NCBI GenBank assembly: GCA_903851365.1
Contig: CAINOB010000020.1
Span: forward strand, 30,227-94,226
Direction: 5' to 3'
Length of the DNA stretch: 64,000 bases
Source: an uncultured Bacteroidota bacterium
GTDB lineage: Bacteria; Bacteroidota; Bacteroidia; Bacteroidales; UBA12481
The position numbers were made by a program, and so were the translations under genes. Shown in pieces: positions 19,537 through 28,156 of this stretch (its first letter is position 1; every line of letters begins with the position of its first letter). Below the pieces are notes generated by a model. The model had not been told where the DNA came from. It made no database searches and saw only the letters and a program-made list of their open reading frames with translations.

Positions 19537-21045
19537 GTGAAACGATTTTGGCTTTTTTTTGTTCCTGGTCTGGTTATCGGGATTATTTTAGTTTTATCTG
19601 GAAATAAAGCAGTTGAAGCTACCTCAAGCGATAAATTCTGTAATTCCTGCCATATTCATCCTCAGGCGGAATTTTCCTGGAAGAAATCGCTTCATTATGA
19701 AACGAGGAGTGGGTTTCACGCACATTGTGTTGAGTGCCATTTACCACCAAAAGGTCATGGGTATCTTCCTGAAAAAACCCGTACCGGATTGAGGGACCTT
19801 TGGAGCTATTGGTTTAAGGATTCAGCTTCATTTAACTGGGATGCAAAATCAAAACTTGATTATGCCAAGGGTTATGTTTATGAATCAGCCTGCCTGAAAT
19901 GCCATCCAAACCTTTATCCGGCAAAATTGACCAAAGAAGGTTCAGATGCTCATTTATATTATGATGCACAGATTCAAAAAGGTGAAGATATACGTTGTAT
20001 CAATTGCCATTTAAATGCCGGGCATTATGATCCCAACTATTCACATAAGGCTAATGCAGGGTTTGGTAAGGAAGTTGTATCAGGGGTAATCTATAAAGAA
20101 CCTACGAAGGTTGAGAAGTTTGAATCATTTGAAGAAAAAGTTCCGAATTCCGGAGTTTCCTTTAAAATGGTAGCGATTCCCGGGGGTACTTTCAATATGG
20201 GAAGCCCTGATGATGAGCCGTTCCGTAAGCCTGATGAAGGTCCGGTAAGGCAGGTGAAGATCAGTCCATTCTATATGGCTGAGGTTGAGGTAAGCTGGAA
20301 TGAATACCTCGCCTTTTATGCACAAACTGCGAGACAAGGCAAGACAGCAGTTAAGACTGACCTAAATACGGTTACCACAGTTGATGCAATAATCGGAGCG
20401 ACTCCACCCTATGGCCAACCTGATCAAAACTGGGGCAAAGGCAAGCGGCCGGTGATTTCAGCCAGTTTTACCGCAGCGCAGACTTACTGCAAATGGCTAT
20501 CAATTGTTACAGGAAAGAATTATCGGTTACCTACCGAAGCTGAATGGGAATATGCAGCCCGTGCAGGAAAGGAGACTCCTTATTTCTTTGATGGAAATCC
20601 GAAAAAATTTGTCAAGAAAAAATTCCTCTCATCGAAACGGGATACGACCATGATTAACCGTTTTGTGGTTTACAAAGAGAACAGTCAGGCTAAAACCCAG
20701 GAACCGTCATTTGTTTTACCTAATCCGTTTGGCTTAAAGAATATGCTTGGTAACGTTGCGGAGTTTTGTTCTGACTGGTATGCAGCGGATACTTATTATA
20801 AAAATCAGGGTGTTGTTGCAGATCCAAAAGGTCCGGTTAGCGGCAAGGAGCATGTAGTAAGAGGCGGAAGTTATAAGAGCAATGCCGACCAGGTACGTGC
20901 GGCTGCCCGTGAGGCCACACAAACACAATCCTGGTTGCGGACAGATCCTCAATCGCCAAAAAGTATCTGGTGGTATTCAGATTGTTTTTATGTTGGATTC
21001 AGGGTAGTTTGCGAATATGATTCACTCACTGGCAAAACGAAATAG
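19537..21045 (+). CDS. Membrane-anchored tetrahaem cytochrome c (NapC/NirT-like) fused to an FGE-sulfatase-like (SUMF1/GldK-like) domain
   Basis: GTG start and TM helix FWLFFVPGLVIGIILVL. Four CxxCH motifs (CNSCH, CVECH, CLKCH, CINCH) lie in the first ~170 aa. FGE-fold motifs follow: GGTFNMGSPDDEP, RLPTEAEWEYAARAG, GNVAEFCSDWY and RGGSY. Confidence 0.75.
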   Translation: MKRFWLFFVPGLVIGIILVLSGNKAVEATSSDKFCNSCHIHPQAEFSWKKSLHYETRSGFHAHCVECHLPPKGHGYLPEKTRTGLRDLWSYWFKDSASFNWDAKSKLDYAKGYVYESACLKCHPNLYPAKLTKEGSDAHLYYDAQIQKGEDIRCINCHLNAGHYDPNYSHKANAGFGKEVVSGVIYKEPTKVEKFESFEEKVPNSGVSFKMVAIPGGTFNMGSPDDEPFRKPDEGPVRQVKISPFYMAEVEVSWNEYLAFYAQTARQGKTAVKTDLNTVTTVDAIIGATPPYGQPDQNWGKGKRPVISASFTAAQTYCKWLSIVTGKNYRLPTEAEWEYAARAGKETPYFFDGNPKKFVKKKFLSSKRDTTMINRFVVYKENSQAKTQEPSFVLPNPFGLKNMLGNVAEFCSDWYAADTYYKNQGVVADPKGPVSGKEHVVRGGSYKSNADQVRAAAREATQTQSWLRTDPQSPKSIWWYSDCFYVGFRVVCEYDSLTGKTK

Positions 21046-21075
21046 ATACTCAAAAACCAAAATAAACTTCAAGTC

Positions 21076-22434
21076 ATGTCAAATAAACCTAATCTTTCAA
21101 GAAGGAATTTTCTGGGCAAGGCAGCAGCAGTAGGGGCTGTAGGAGCCATTAGTCCAGCCTTGATTACCTCTTGTGCACCAAAAGGCAAATCAAAAATTGT
21201 TGAATACCTTAATTGCACCTTATTAGACAAAGCTCCTGATGGTCCGGAACTTAAGGCAGGTCTTATTGGTTGCGGTGGACGTGGTACAGGTGCCGCCATG
21301 AATTTCCTAAGTGCCGGTCCGAATTTAAAGATCACAGCACTTGCCGATGTATTTAAGGACAGGCTAGAAGATTGCAGAGGCAAATTAAAAAATGACTGGA
21401 AACAGGAAATTGCTGACGAAAACTGTTTTGTAGGATTCGATGCTTATGAAAAACTTCTGGCAACAGGAGTAGATATCGTAATTTTAGCCACTCCCCCCTA
21501 TTTCAGGCCGATCCATTTTGAAGCAGCTGTACAGGCAAAAAAACATTGTTTCCTGGAAAAACCAGTTGCAACTGATGCAGCCGGAGCTCGTTCGATCATG
21601 GCATCAGCAAAAAAAGCTGCTGGCATGGATCTTTCGGTCGTCACGGGAACACAACGTCGTCATCAGCGCGATTATGTTGAGATTTATAAAAAAGTTGCCG
21701 GTGGAGCTATTGGTGAGATTACCGGAGGGAATGTTTACTGGAATCAGTCAAAGCTGTGGCATACCAATCCAAAACCTGAATGGAGCGAAATGGAAGCAAT
21801 GATTCGTAACTGGGTAAACTGGACCTGGTTATCGGGAGATCATATTGTAGAGCAACATGTTCATAATATTGATGTTGGATGCTGGTTCATGGGAAATCAT
21901 CCAGTCAAAGCATTAGGATTTGGATCCAGACAGCGCAGGGTAACAGGTGATCAGTATGATAATTTCAGTATAGATTATGTTTTTGAAGATGGACGTCATA
22001 TGCACAGCATGTGCCGTCAGATCAACGGTTGCGGCGGAGGTGTTTTCGAGCGTTTCCAGGGCACTGAAGGAGCTGCATTGCTCAACGGAAATAATATCAG
22101 GCTGGTAGACCTTGCTGGGAAAGATATCTGGACATTCCCATATATTGTTAATGCCCAAGGTGAAAAGAGCATTGCTATTGGACCTTATGACCAGGAGCAC
22201 ATTGACTTGGTAACTTCGATCAGAACCCATAAGCCCATCAATGAGGCAGAGTCCACTGCGATTTCAACAATGGTTGGTATTATGGGAAGGATATCAGCAT
22301 ATACCGGGAAAGAAGTGACATTCGATGAAATGATGAATTCCGACATGAATCTGGGACCAAAAACATTTGTTCTTGGACCGGTAAATGATGTTTCAAAAGA
22401 GTTACCAATTCCGGGTGAAGCTTTTGTCGGCTAA
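21076..22434 (+). CDS. Tat-exported Gfo/Idh/MocA family oxidoreductase
   Basis: Twin-arginine signal SRRNFLGKAAAVGAVGA, Rossmann motif GLIGCGGRGTGAA and the EKP motif (CFLEKPVA). Confidence 0.8.
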   Translation: MSNKPNLSRRNFLGKAAAVGAVGAISPALITSCAPKGKSKIVEYLNCTLLDKAPDGPELKAGLIGCGGRGTGAAMNFLSAGPNLKITALADVFKDRLEDCRGKLKNDWKQEIADENCFVGFDAYEKLLATGVDIVILATPPYFRPIHFEAAVQAKKHCFLEKPVATDAAGARSIMASAKKAAGMDLSVVTGTQRRHQRDYVEIYKKVAGGAIGEITGGNVYWNQSKLWHTNPKPEWSEMEAMIRNWVNWTWLSGDHIVEQHVHNIDVGCWFMGNHPVKALGFGSRQRRVTGDQYDNFSIDYVFEDGRHMHSMCRQINGCGGGVFERFQGTEGAALLNGNNIRLVDLAGKDIWTFPYIVNAQGEKSIAIGPYDQEHIDLVTSIRTHKPINEAESTAISTMVGIMGRISAYTGKEVTFDEMMNSDMNLGPKTFVLGPVNDVSKELPIPGEAFVG

Positions 22435-22445
22435 AGAATCTATCT

Positions 22446-23399
22446 ATGGATAATAAAGACAACACCAGGCGTGGATTTATCCGGAAGGCAACATTTGCTG
22501 TTGCAGCGGCGACAGCAGCACCGGCTATCCTGAAGGCGCAAGGCTTAAATGAAGGCACAAGGCTCAAGGCACAAGGTGCAGGGCCTTTCAAGCTTAAGTA
22601 TGCCCCGTCGATTGGCATGTTCAGTGCGACTGTCGGAAATGACGATCCGATTGACAATATCAGGTTTTGCAATGATCAGGGTTTTCGTGCTGTTTTTGAT
22701 AATGGCTTGATGGGTCGTCCAGTCGAGGAGCAGGATAAAATAGCTTCGGAGCTGGCGAGACTGGGAATGGATTTGGGGCCGTTTGTTTTATATGCAGATT
22801 TTGGGGTGACTTCGTTTGTTACAAATGACCCAGAAAAGAGGTCCATGCTGCTGGACAAGATGAAGCAAGGAGTTGAACTTGCCAAGAGGACCAATGCCAA
22901 GTGGGCACTGGTTGTTCCTGGCAGGTACGATGAAAGGCTTCATCTGGATTATCAGACTACGAATGTTATTGAAAACCTTCGTTATTGCGCTGAGATCTTT
23001 GAACCCGCCGGTTTAACAATGGTTCTGGAACCACTAAATACTATTCATGACCATCCGGGATTATTCCTGACCAGAATACCGCAGGCTTACCTAATCTGCA
23101 GGTCCGTCAACAGTCCCTATATTAAAATTGTTGATGACCTTTATCATCAGCAGATTACTGAAGGGAACCTTATTCCAAACATTCAGGCGGCTTACAGTGA
23201 AATAGGAGCTTTTCATCTTGGCGATAATCCGGGGAGAAATGAGCCTACTTCCGGTGAAATCAATTACAAGAACATATTCAAATTTCTTTTTGAGAAGGGC
23301 TATAACGGGACCTTATGCATGGAGCATGGTAAATCGATCCCAGGGAAAGAAGGAGATGCGAGGGTTATTGCGGCATATCGTGAAATGGATGCTTTTTAA
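22446..23399 (+). CDS. Tat-exported xylose-isomerase-like TIM-barrel protein (sugar isomerase/epimerase/lyase superfamily)
   Basis: Twin-arginine signal TRRGFIRKATFAVAAATAAPA. TMVLEPLN and LCMEHG segments are typical of the AP-endonuclease-2/xylose-isomerase-like barrel. Confidence 0.7.
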   Translation: MDNKDNTRRGFIRKATFAVAAATAAPAILKAQGLNEGTRLKAQGAGPFKLKYAPSIGMFSATVGNDDPIDNIRFCNDQGFRAVFDNGLMGRPVEEQDKIASELARLGMDLGPFVLYADFGVTSFVTNDPEKRSMLLDKMKQGVELAKRTNAKWALVVPGRYDERLHLDYQTTNVIENLRYCAEIFEPAGLTMVLEPLNTIHDHPGLFLTRIPQAYLICRSVNSPYIKIVDDLYHQQITEGNLIPNIQAAYSEIGAFHLGDNPGRNEPTSGEINYKNIFKFLFEKGYNGTLCMEHGKSIPGKEGDARVIAAYREMDAF

Positions 23400-23454
23400 A
23401 ATTAAACTTAATTTCCGTCAATTGGTCTAATCATTCGACTTTAAAACAATCAAA

Positions 23455-24279
23455 ATGAAAAGGATAGTTCCGTTTCTTATTGGTTTTGGCCTTGTTGCAT
23501 TTTCTTCATGCAAGCAGGATGAGGTAGCTTTAGCACCTCAGACAGTCAGCAAGGTTGAGGATCAGATATTAAACGCTGATCTACTGGATGATGTACTTGA
23601 TGAAGTGGAGTTCACTTCAGATGTGTGGTTCGGTGAATTGAAAACCGGGTTTGTAGATTGCAGAACGGTGACAGTTGTACCCGAGGACAAGGTAACCTGG
23701 CCAAAAACAATCACTATCGATTTTGGAACCGAAGGTTGCATGGTTCGTGACAGTGTATTTAAAAAAGGGAAAATTATCATTAACCAGAATGCGTCCCAAA
23801 ACGGGCGAGCATGGACCAAGGTGATCACCTTTGATAACTACTATGTCAACGGAAACAAGATTGACGGTACCAATACAACCTCTTTTAGCCGCGCGTCAGG
23901 CAGTCCTACCTGGACATCTACAATAGTGGGCGGACAGGTTACCACAGCTGAAGGGATGATCAAAACCCGCGAAGCGATTCATGTCAGAGTTCAAACCCGA
24001 GGTATTGATACAAGGCTCGATCGGACTGATGATGCATTCCAGATTTCAGGGCATGCTGCCGGTACAAGAATTGATGGGAAAAACTTTTCCTGGGTGATCA
24101 ATGAACCATTGGTTATCAGCAATAATTGCCGTTGGATACGGCGGGGTGTTAAAGTTCTTACTCTTGAAGGCTTAAGTGATATTACAATTAATTATGGTGA
24201 TGGCGAATGCGACAATGTTGCCACTTTAACTCAGGACGGCGTATCAAAGGAGATAACTCTCAAAGGTAGAAGACAATAG
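23455..24279 (+). CDS. Lipoprotein of unknown function
   Basis: Lipobox MKRIVPFLIGFGLVAFSSC. I recognise no other motif. Confidence 0.5.
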   Translation: MKRIVPFLIGFGLVAFSSCKQDEVALAPQTVSKVEDQILNADLLDDVLDEVEFTSDVWFGELKTGFVDCRTVTVVPEDKVTWPKTITIDFGTEGCMVRDSVFKKGKIIINQNASQNGRAWTKVITFDNYYVNGNKIDGTNTTSFSRASGSPTWTSTIVGGQVTTAEGMIKTREAIHVRVQTRGIDTRLDRTDDAFQISGHAAGTRIDGKNFSWVINEPLVISNNCRWIRRGVKVLTLEGLSDITINYGDGECDNVATLTQDGVSKEITLKGRRQ

Positions 24280-24283
24280 ATAA

Positions 24284-26989
24284 TTAAATTCCTCCGACAA
24301 GTTTAATGATCTCCTCTCCAATACCAATTTTATAACCAGAGGAGAGGTAGGTCACTTTACTTTCCTTATTAATCCTTATAACCACTGGCAACTGTCCTGA
24401 AAAGCTTTTGCCAGTGGTTTTTTCCAATTCAGTCAAAGAATACAAATCCTGGACCAGGACAAATCTCGATTTAGCTGGAAGGTTTTTCCAAGTATCCTGA
24501 TTAAACCCTGCCGGAAGTTTATTTTCTGGAACGATAAATATGAAAGGGCAGTTCAATTTATCAATCTCCTTTTTCAACATTCCAAGATCCTGAAAAATGT
24601 GTTTTGATGGTTCTTTATCCGGTTCTATCCAGCAAATTACAGCACGATCGGTTGCAACAATATCCTTCCAATTAAATGGTTGATTATCCATGGTTTTGAC
24701 ATTCCAGGAAGGGTTAAGTGTCCCAAGGATTTCCGGAGCTTTACCTGACTTTCGCAAGGAGATCATCATGATTTTCTTTTCACCCCCTTTCAATTCGAAG
24801 AAAGTCAAGGTGCTCAACACTTTTCCTCCCGGGATACGATTTCCCGTTACGAGCAGATAAAATCCCTGATCAAGAGTTAAAGGACCTGCCAAAGGATCTC
24901 CGAAATTATCAGAACCATAAGCCAGGGTTTTGTATTTACCATTCTCAAAATGAGCCAATGTATAATGAGTTTCATATTGCGGTTTTACCGGATTTGAAGG
25001 ATCATTTGTGAGGATCAGAGTTCCACTTTGGAGTGCGGACAATTTAGATTCATCAAAACCAACTTTAATCCAACTTGAATCAGTCCAGTACTCAACCTCC
25101 AGCGTACCTGGTTTCAATCTGGCAGGTATTCCAAATGTACGGAAGCAGGCCACGGCAAATATTTTACGTGAATCAGGGTCTGCAACTCGCAGGTTGTATA
25201 CTCCAACAGGAGTGAGTGGCGTATTATAATAGTTATCGTTGTTATTGATTTTGATATTCTGTCTGATCCATTCGATCAAATCATCCGGATTTTTACGGAC
25301 ATTATCAATGAATTTTCGACCAAATTTCAAAGTCAGAAAAGATCGGTAAGCCACAAGCATTTCATTTGCAACGCGGGGGTTAAGAAGCGCCTCGAAAGGG
25401 AAAGTGGTCTCAGAAGATTTGGAGGTAAGAGGCGGTATCACCGCTTTACCAGGCGAGACAGTCAGGTGATCGAGAAGAATATCGGCTTTGGTGTCGCGCA
25501 GGTCCTTATCTGCAATCAGACTGAGAAGCTTCATGGCAACATCCCTCAACTCCGGTTTAACAGCTTTAAGAAAATATTCAATTTCATTGTAATTACCGCG
25601 GCTTCTGGAGATGAAATTCCAGGTTTGTTCAATATCCAGGTTAAGAGACTCAGCGAATATTCGAGACTCTTTTTCTGTTCTAAATGTTTTCTCATATGCG
25701 CCCCGAATAGAATCTTCCCGGCGAAGCATGATATTGTTCTTATCCCTGCAATCATTGGCGATCTGCAATGGATCGCGTTGAATCGGTGGAGTCATATCGA
25801 TATCCAATTTCAACGAGGCATAGGGTTTTTGGTCAATCTTCAGGGTAAGAGTGTCGATATCGGCTACAGTAATTTTCGAAAATCCAAAATTATCACCTGC
25901 ATAAGCCCACACCACCAAATCCCCGAAGCCAGTAAGAAAATCGCAATATCCCTTATCGTCAGTTTTTTTAACCGAGATCGGGTAATATTCTGCATAATTA
26001 TACAATTGAAATTCCACGGTGGCATTTTTCTCAGGCTGACCTGCCAAATTCAGGACTTTAACATGGATTTCTTTGGTTGGCGCATAGGTTGAAAGTGTAT
26101 TTAGGAGGGCGAAATTTGATTCACGATTTTCTGCCCGCTCCTCACCTTTATAATCACCAAAAGCCTTAGTATGTATGAGCATTGCTCTTCTTGCCGGTTC
26201 TGTGAACCAACCCAGATCGGGAACACATTCAGGTTCGCAGGCTCCCATATAGTGCCATTTACCATCAGCCCAGAATTCCACCCATGCATGATTATCATCT
26301 GAATGGGCCCAGCGTGGGGTGTACACTTGTCTGGCTGGAATTGCAACTGCTCTCAGCGCCGTGACTGCAAACGTAGACTCCTCGCCGCATCTCCCATAAG
26401 CAGTTATTAATGAAGCTAATGGAGCAGATGTTCGGATATCGCTACCGCGGTAAGTTACTTTTTCATGACACCAATGATTAACCTCAATAGCCGCCTGGAG
26501 CATTGACATTTTTTTAATCCGGACCTTCAGTTCCTTAAAAAAAACTATCCTGGCGGTATCAAGATTTTCGTTATTCACGCGATAGGGAATTACGAAATGG
26601 CGAAATAAATCTTCAGGTATTGTTTTACCCCAGGAAAATGTATCCCGGGCGGCAAGACTCCATTGTACCTGTTTAAGAAAGAAATCGCCATTATATTCTG
26701 ACAAATCACTCAATGGCATATAGGCGTAGAGGAATTTCAGCCCCTCCAATTCGGTGGTAGTGATTTTGCGTTTTAAAACACCAAACAATAGAGAATCCCG
26801 TGATGATGCCAAAGCCTTTCTCTCAAGGAACTTGGATTCAACTCGCTGACTATATGCAGGATCTGAGTATAAATGGAATTTAGACCCTGAACATGAAGTA
26901 AGGAGAACTCCACATGCCAAAACCGTTAAAACGGTGAGGAACAGATGCGGAGAGGAGGTTAATGAGGATAAATTAGTTCGGGTTTTCAT
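24284..26989 (-). CDS. Transglutaminase-core lipoprotein with C-terminal thioredoxin-like (non-CxxC) region
   Basis: Start at MKTRTN... with lipobox VLLTSC. The Cys-His-Asp transglutaminase core is GRCGEESTFAVTALRAVAIPARQVY...DNHAWVEFWADGKWHYMGACEPE. The C-terminal AVICWIEPDKEPSKH resembles a TlpA/AhpC fold lacking the CxxC. Confidence 0.7.
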   Translation of the reverse strand: MKTRTNLSSLTSSPHLFLTVLTVLACGVLLTSCSGSKFHLYSDPAYSQRVESKFLERKALASSRDSLLFGVLKRKITTTELEGLKFLYAYMPLSDLSEYNGDFFLKQVQWSLAARDTFSWGKTIPEDLFRHFVIPYRVNNENLDTARIVFFKELKVRIKKMSMLQAAIEVNHWCHEKVTYRGSDIRTSAPLASLITAYGRCGEESTFAVTALRAVAIPARQVYTPRWAHSDDNHAWVEFWADGKWHYMGACEPECVPDLGWFTEPARRAMLIHTKAFGDYKGEERAENRESNFALLNTLSTYAPTKEIHVKVLNLAGQPEKNATVEFQLYNYAEYYPISVKKTDDKGYCDFLTGFGDLVVWAYAGDNFGFSKITVADIDTLTLKIDQKPYASLKLDIDMTPPIQRDPLQIANDCRDKNNIMLRREDSIRGAYEKTFRTEKESRIFAESLNLDIEQTWNFISRSRGNYNEIEYFLKAVKPELRDVAMKLLSLIADKDLRDTKADILLDHLTVSPGKAVIPPLTSKSSETTFPFEALLNPRVANEMLVAYRSFLTLKFGRKFIDNVRKNPDDLIEWIRQNIKINNNDNYYNTPLTPVGVYNLRVADPDSRKIFAVACFRTFGIPARLKPGTLEVEYWTDSSWIKVGFDESKLSALQSGTLILTNDPSNPVKPQYETHYTLAHFENGKYKTLAYGSDNFGDPLAGPLTLDQGFYLLVTGNRIPGGKVLSTLTFFELKGGEKKIMMISLRKSGKAPEILGTLNPSWNVKTMDNQPFNWKDIVATDRAVICWIEPDKEPSKHIFQDLGMLKKEIDKLNCPFIFIVPENKLPAGFNQDTWKNLPAKSRFVLVQDLYSLTELEKTTGKSFSGQLPVVIRINKESKVTYLSSGYKIGIGEEIIKLVGGI

Positions 26990-27109
26990 ATCAGTAATAT
27001 TCTTATAATCAACATACAAGCCCATCAGCAGATCGATCTAACAGGGGATGGCATTAATTGTTGAAAATACAATTTTTACTATTTCGTTGGTTTATTCATA
27101 ATCGGTTTC

Positions 27110-27117
27110 TATTTTTG
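27110..27117 (+). promoter_or_regulatory. Candidate Bacteroidota -7 promoter box for the aromatic operon leader
   Basis: TATTTTTG matches TAnnTTTG exactly and ends 21 nt upstream of the leader-peptide ATG. No clean -33 TTTG was seen. Confidence 0.3.
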
Positions 27118-27137
27118 TGGTCGGATTGTAAATAATT

Positions 27138-27230
27138 ATGCAAGCATTTTCGGGAGTATATTATTTTTTCTTCTTCTACTTCGGCTTTTATTTTAAAAGG
27201 TCGACCGGGAATGCCGTGATCATAAATTAG
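27138..27230 (+). CDS. Phe/Tyr-rich leader peptide of the aromatic amino-acid operon
   Basis: Hand-translated product MQAFSGVYYFFFFYFGFYFKRSTGNAVIIN, with 8 Phe and 4 Tyr in residues 4-19. A terminator follows, then pheA. Confidence 0.7.
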   Translation: MQAFSGVYYFFFFYFGFYFKRSTGNAVIIN

Positions 27231-27265
27231 TAAAACATTAAGATCAAAATAGGCGAATCCCGGTC
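27203..27265 (+). promoter_or_regulatory. Candidate antiterminator pairing of the attenuator
   Basis: GACCGGGA (27203-27210, leader codons 22-25) is the perfect reverse complement of TCCCGGTC (27258-27265). The latter contains most of the 5' arm of the terminator stem. Confidence 0.5.
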
Positions 27266-27290
27266 CACAAAGGCCGGGTTTTTTGTTTTT
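27259..27290 (+). terminator. Intrinsic terminator (attenuator) 11 nt upstream of pheA
   Basis: CCCGG(T)CC-acaaa-GGCCGGG followed by TTTTTTGTTTTT. No upstream + strand gene needs terminating here, because the neighbour is divergent. Confidence 0.7.
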
Positions 27291-27301
27291 ATGCAATACA
27301 G

Positions 27302-28156
27302 ATGAAAGATTCAGACACCATCAGAGCGGCAATACAGGGGATAGCAGGGTCATTCCATGATCAGGCTTCAAGGGAATACTTTCCGGATCGGACAGTTCAG
27401 CTTGTTCCTTGCGAGGCATTCGAAGATTTATTTGAAGCAGTGAAATCGGGAGCTGCCGATGTAGCTGTAATGGCGATAGAAAACACTGTAGCTGGATCGC
27501 TGCTACCCAATTACGCCTTGCTCAGGGATTCCGGCTTTACCATTTTTGGTGAGATATTTTTGCGTATAAGCCAGCATCTGATGGCATTGCCCGGTCAATC
27601 GATTGATGATATCACCGAAGCTTATTCCCATTATATGGCCATAGCACAAACCCGCAATTTTTTCAGGGCCTATCCGGGAATTCGACTGATTGAAGCTGAT
27701 GATACGGCTGCGAGTGCAAAAAGGGTTGCCGAAGGCGGTGTGAAACATCAGGCAGCGATTGCCGGAGAGCATGCTGCAGAAATGTATGGTTTGGAAATTC
27801 TGGCGCGCTGCATCGAGACAAACAAGAGAAACTTCACCAGGTTTTTGCTGATCTATAAGCCAAACGGAGTACACCCTTTCAAAACTGAGAATCCGGATAA
27901 AGCATCATTATCGTTCACCCTGCCTCATGAAACAGGAAGTTTATCGCAGGTACTTTCCATATTTTCCTTTTACAGGATTAGCCTGACCAAGATTCAATCG
28001 ATTCCAATCCTGGGCCAGGAGTGGGAGTATCATTTTCTAATCGACCTGACTTTTGATGATCCATTAAGATACAAGCAATCGCTGGATGCGATCAGACCAT
28101 TGACACATGAGCTTACTATTTTGGGTGAATATATTCAGGGAAAACAAGTCCAATGA
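27302..28156 (+). CDS. pheA: Prephenate dehydratase (PDT + ACT domains, no chorismate mutase domain)
   Basis: 284 aa with the NFTRFLLI motif and a C-terminal ACT-like region (IQSIPILGQEWEYHFLIDL). Confidence 0.85.
   Translation: MKDSDTIRAAIQGIAGSFHDQASREYFPDRTVQLVPCEAFEDLFEAVKSGAADVAVMAIENTVAGSLLPNYALLRDSGFTIFGEIFLRISQHLMALPGQSIDDITEAYSHYMAIAQTRNFFRAYPGIRLIEADDTAASAKRVAEGGVKHQAAIAGEHAAEMYGLEILARCIETNKRNFTRFLLIYKPNGVHPFKTENPDKASLSFTLPHETGSLSQVLSIFSFYRISLTKIQSIPILGQEWEYHFLIDLTFDDPLRYKQSLDAIRPLTHELTILGEYIQGKQVQ

Noticed and set aside
27096-27296. 66-aa minus-strand ORF in the gap upstream of pheA.
   Set aside because: It has a TTG start, no recognisable motif, and lies antisense to the F/Y leader ORF, hairpin and T-tract. 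The region is better explained by the + strand attenuator.
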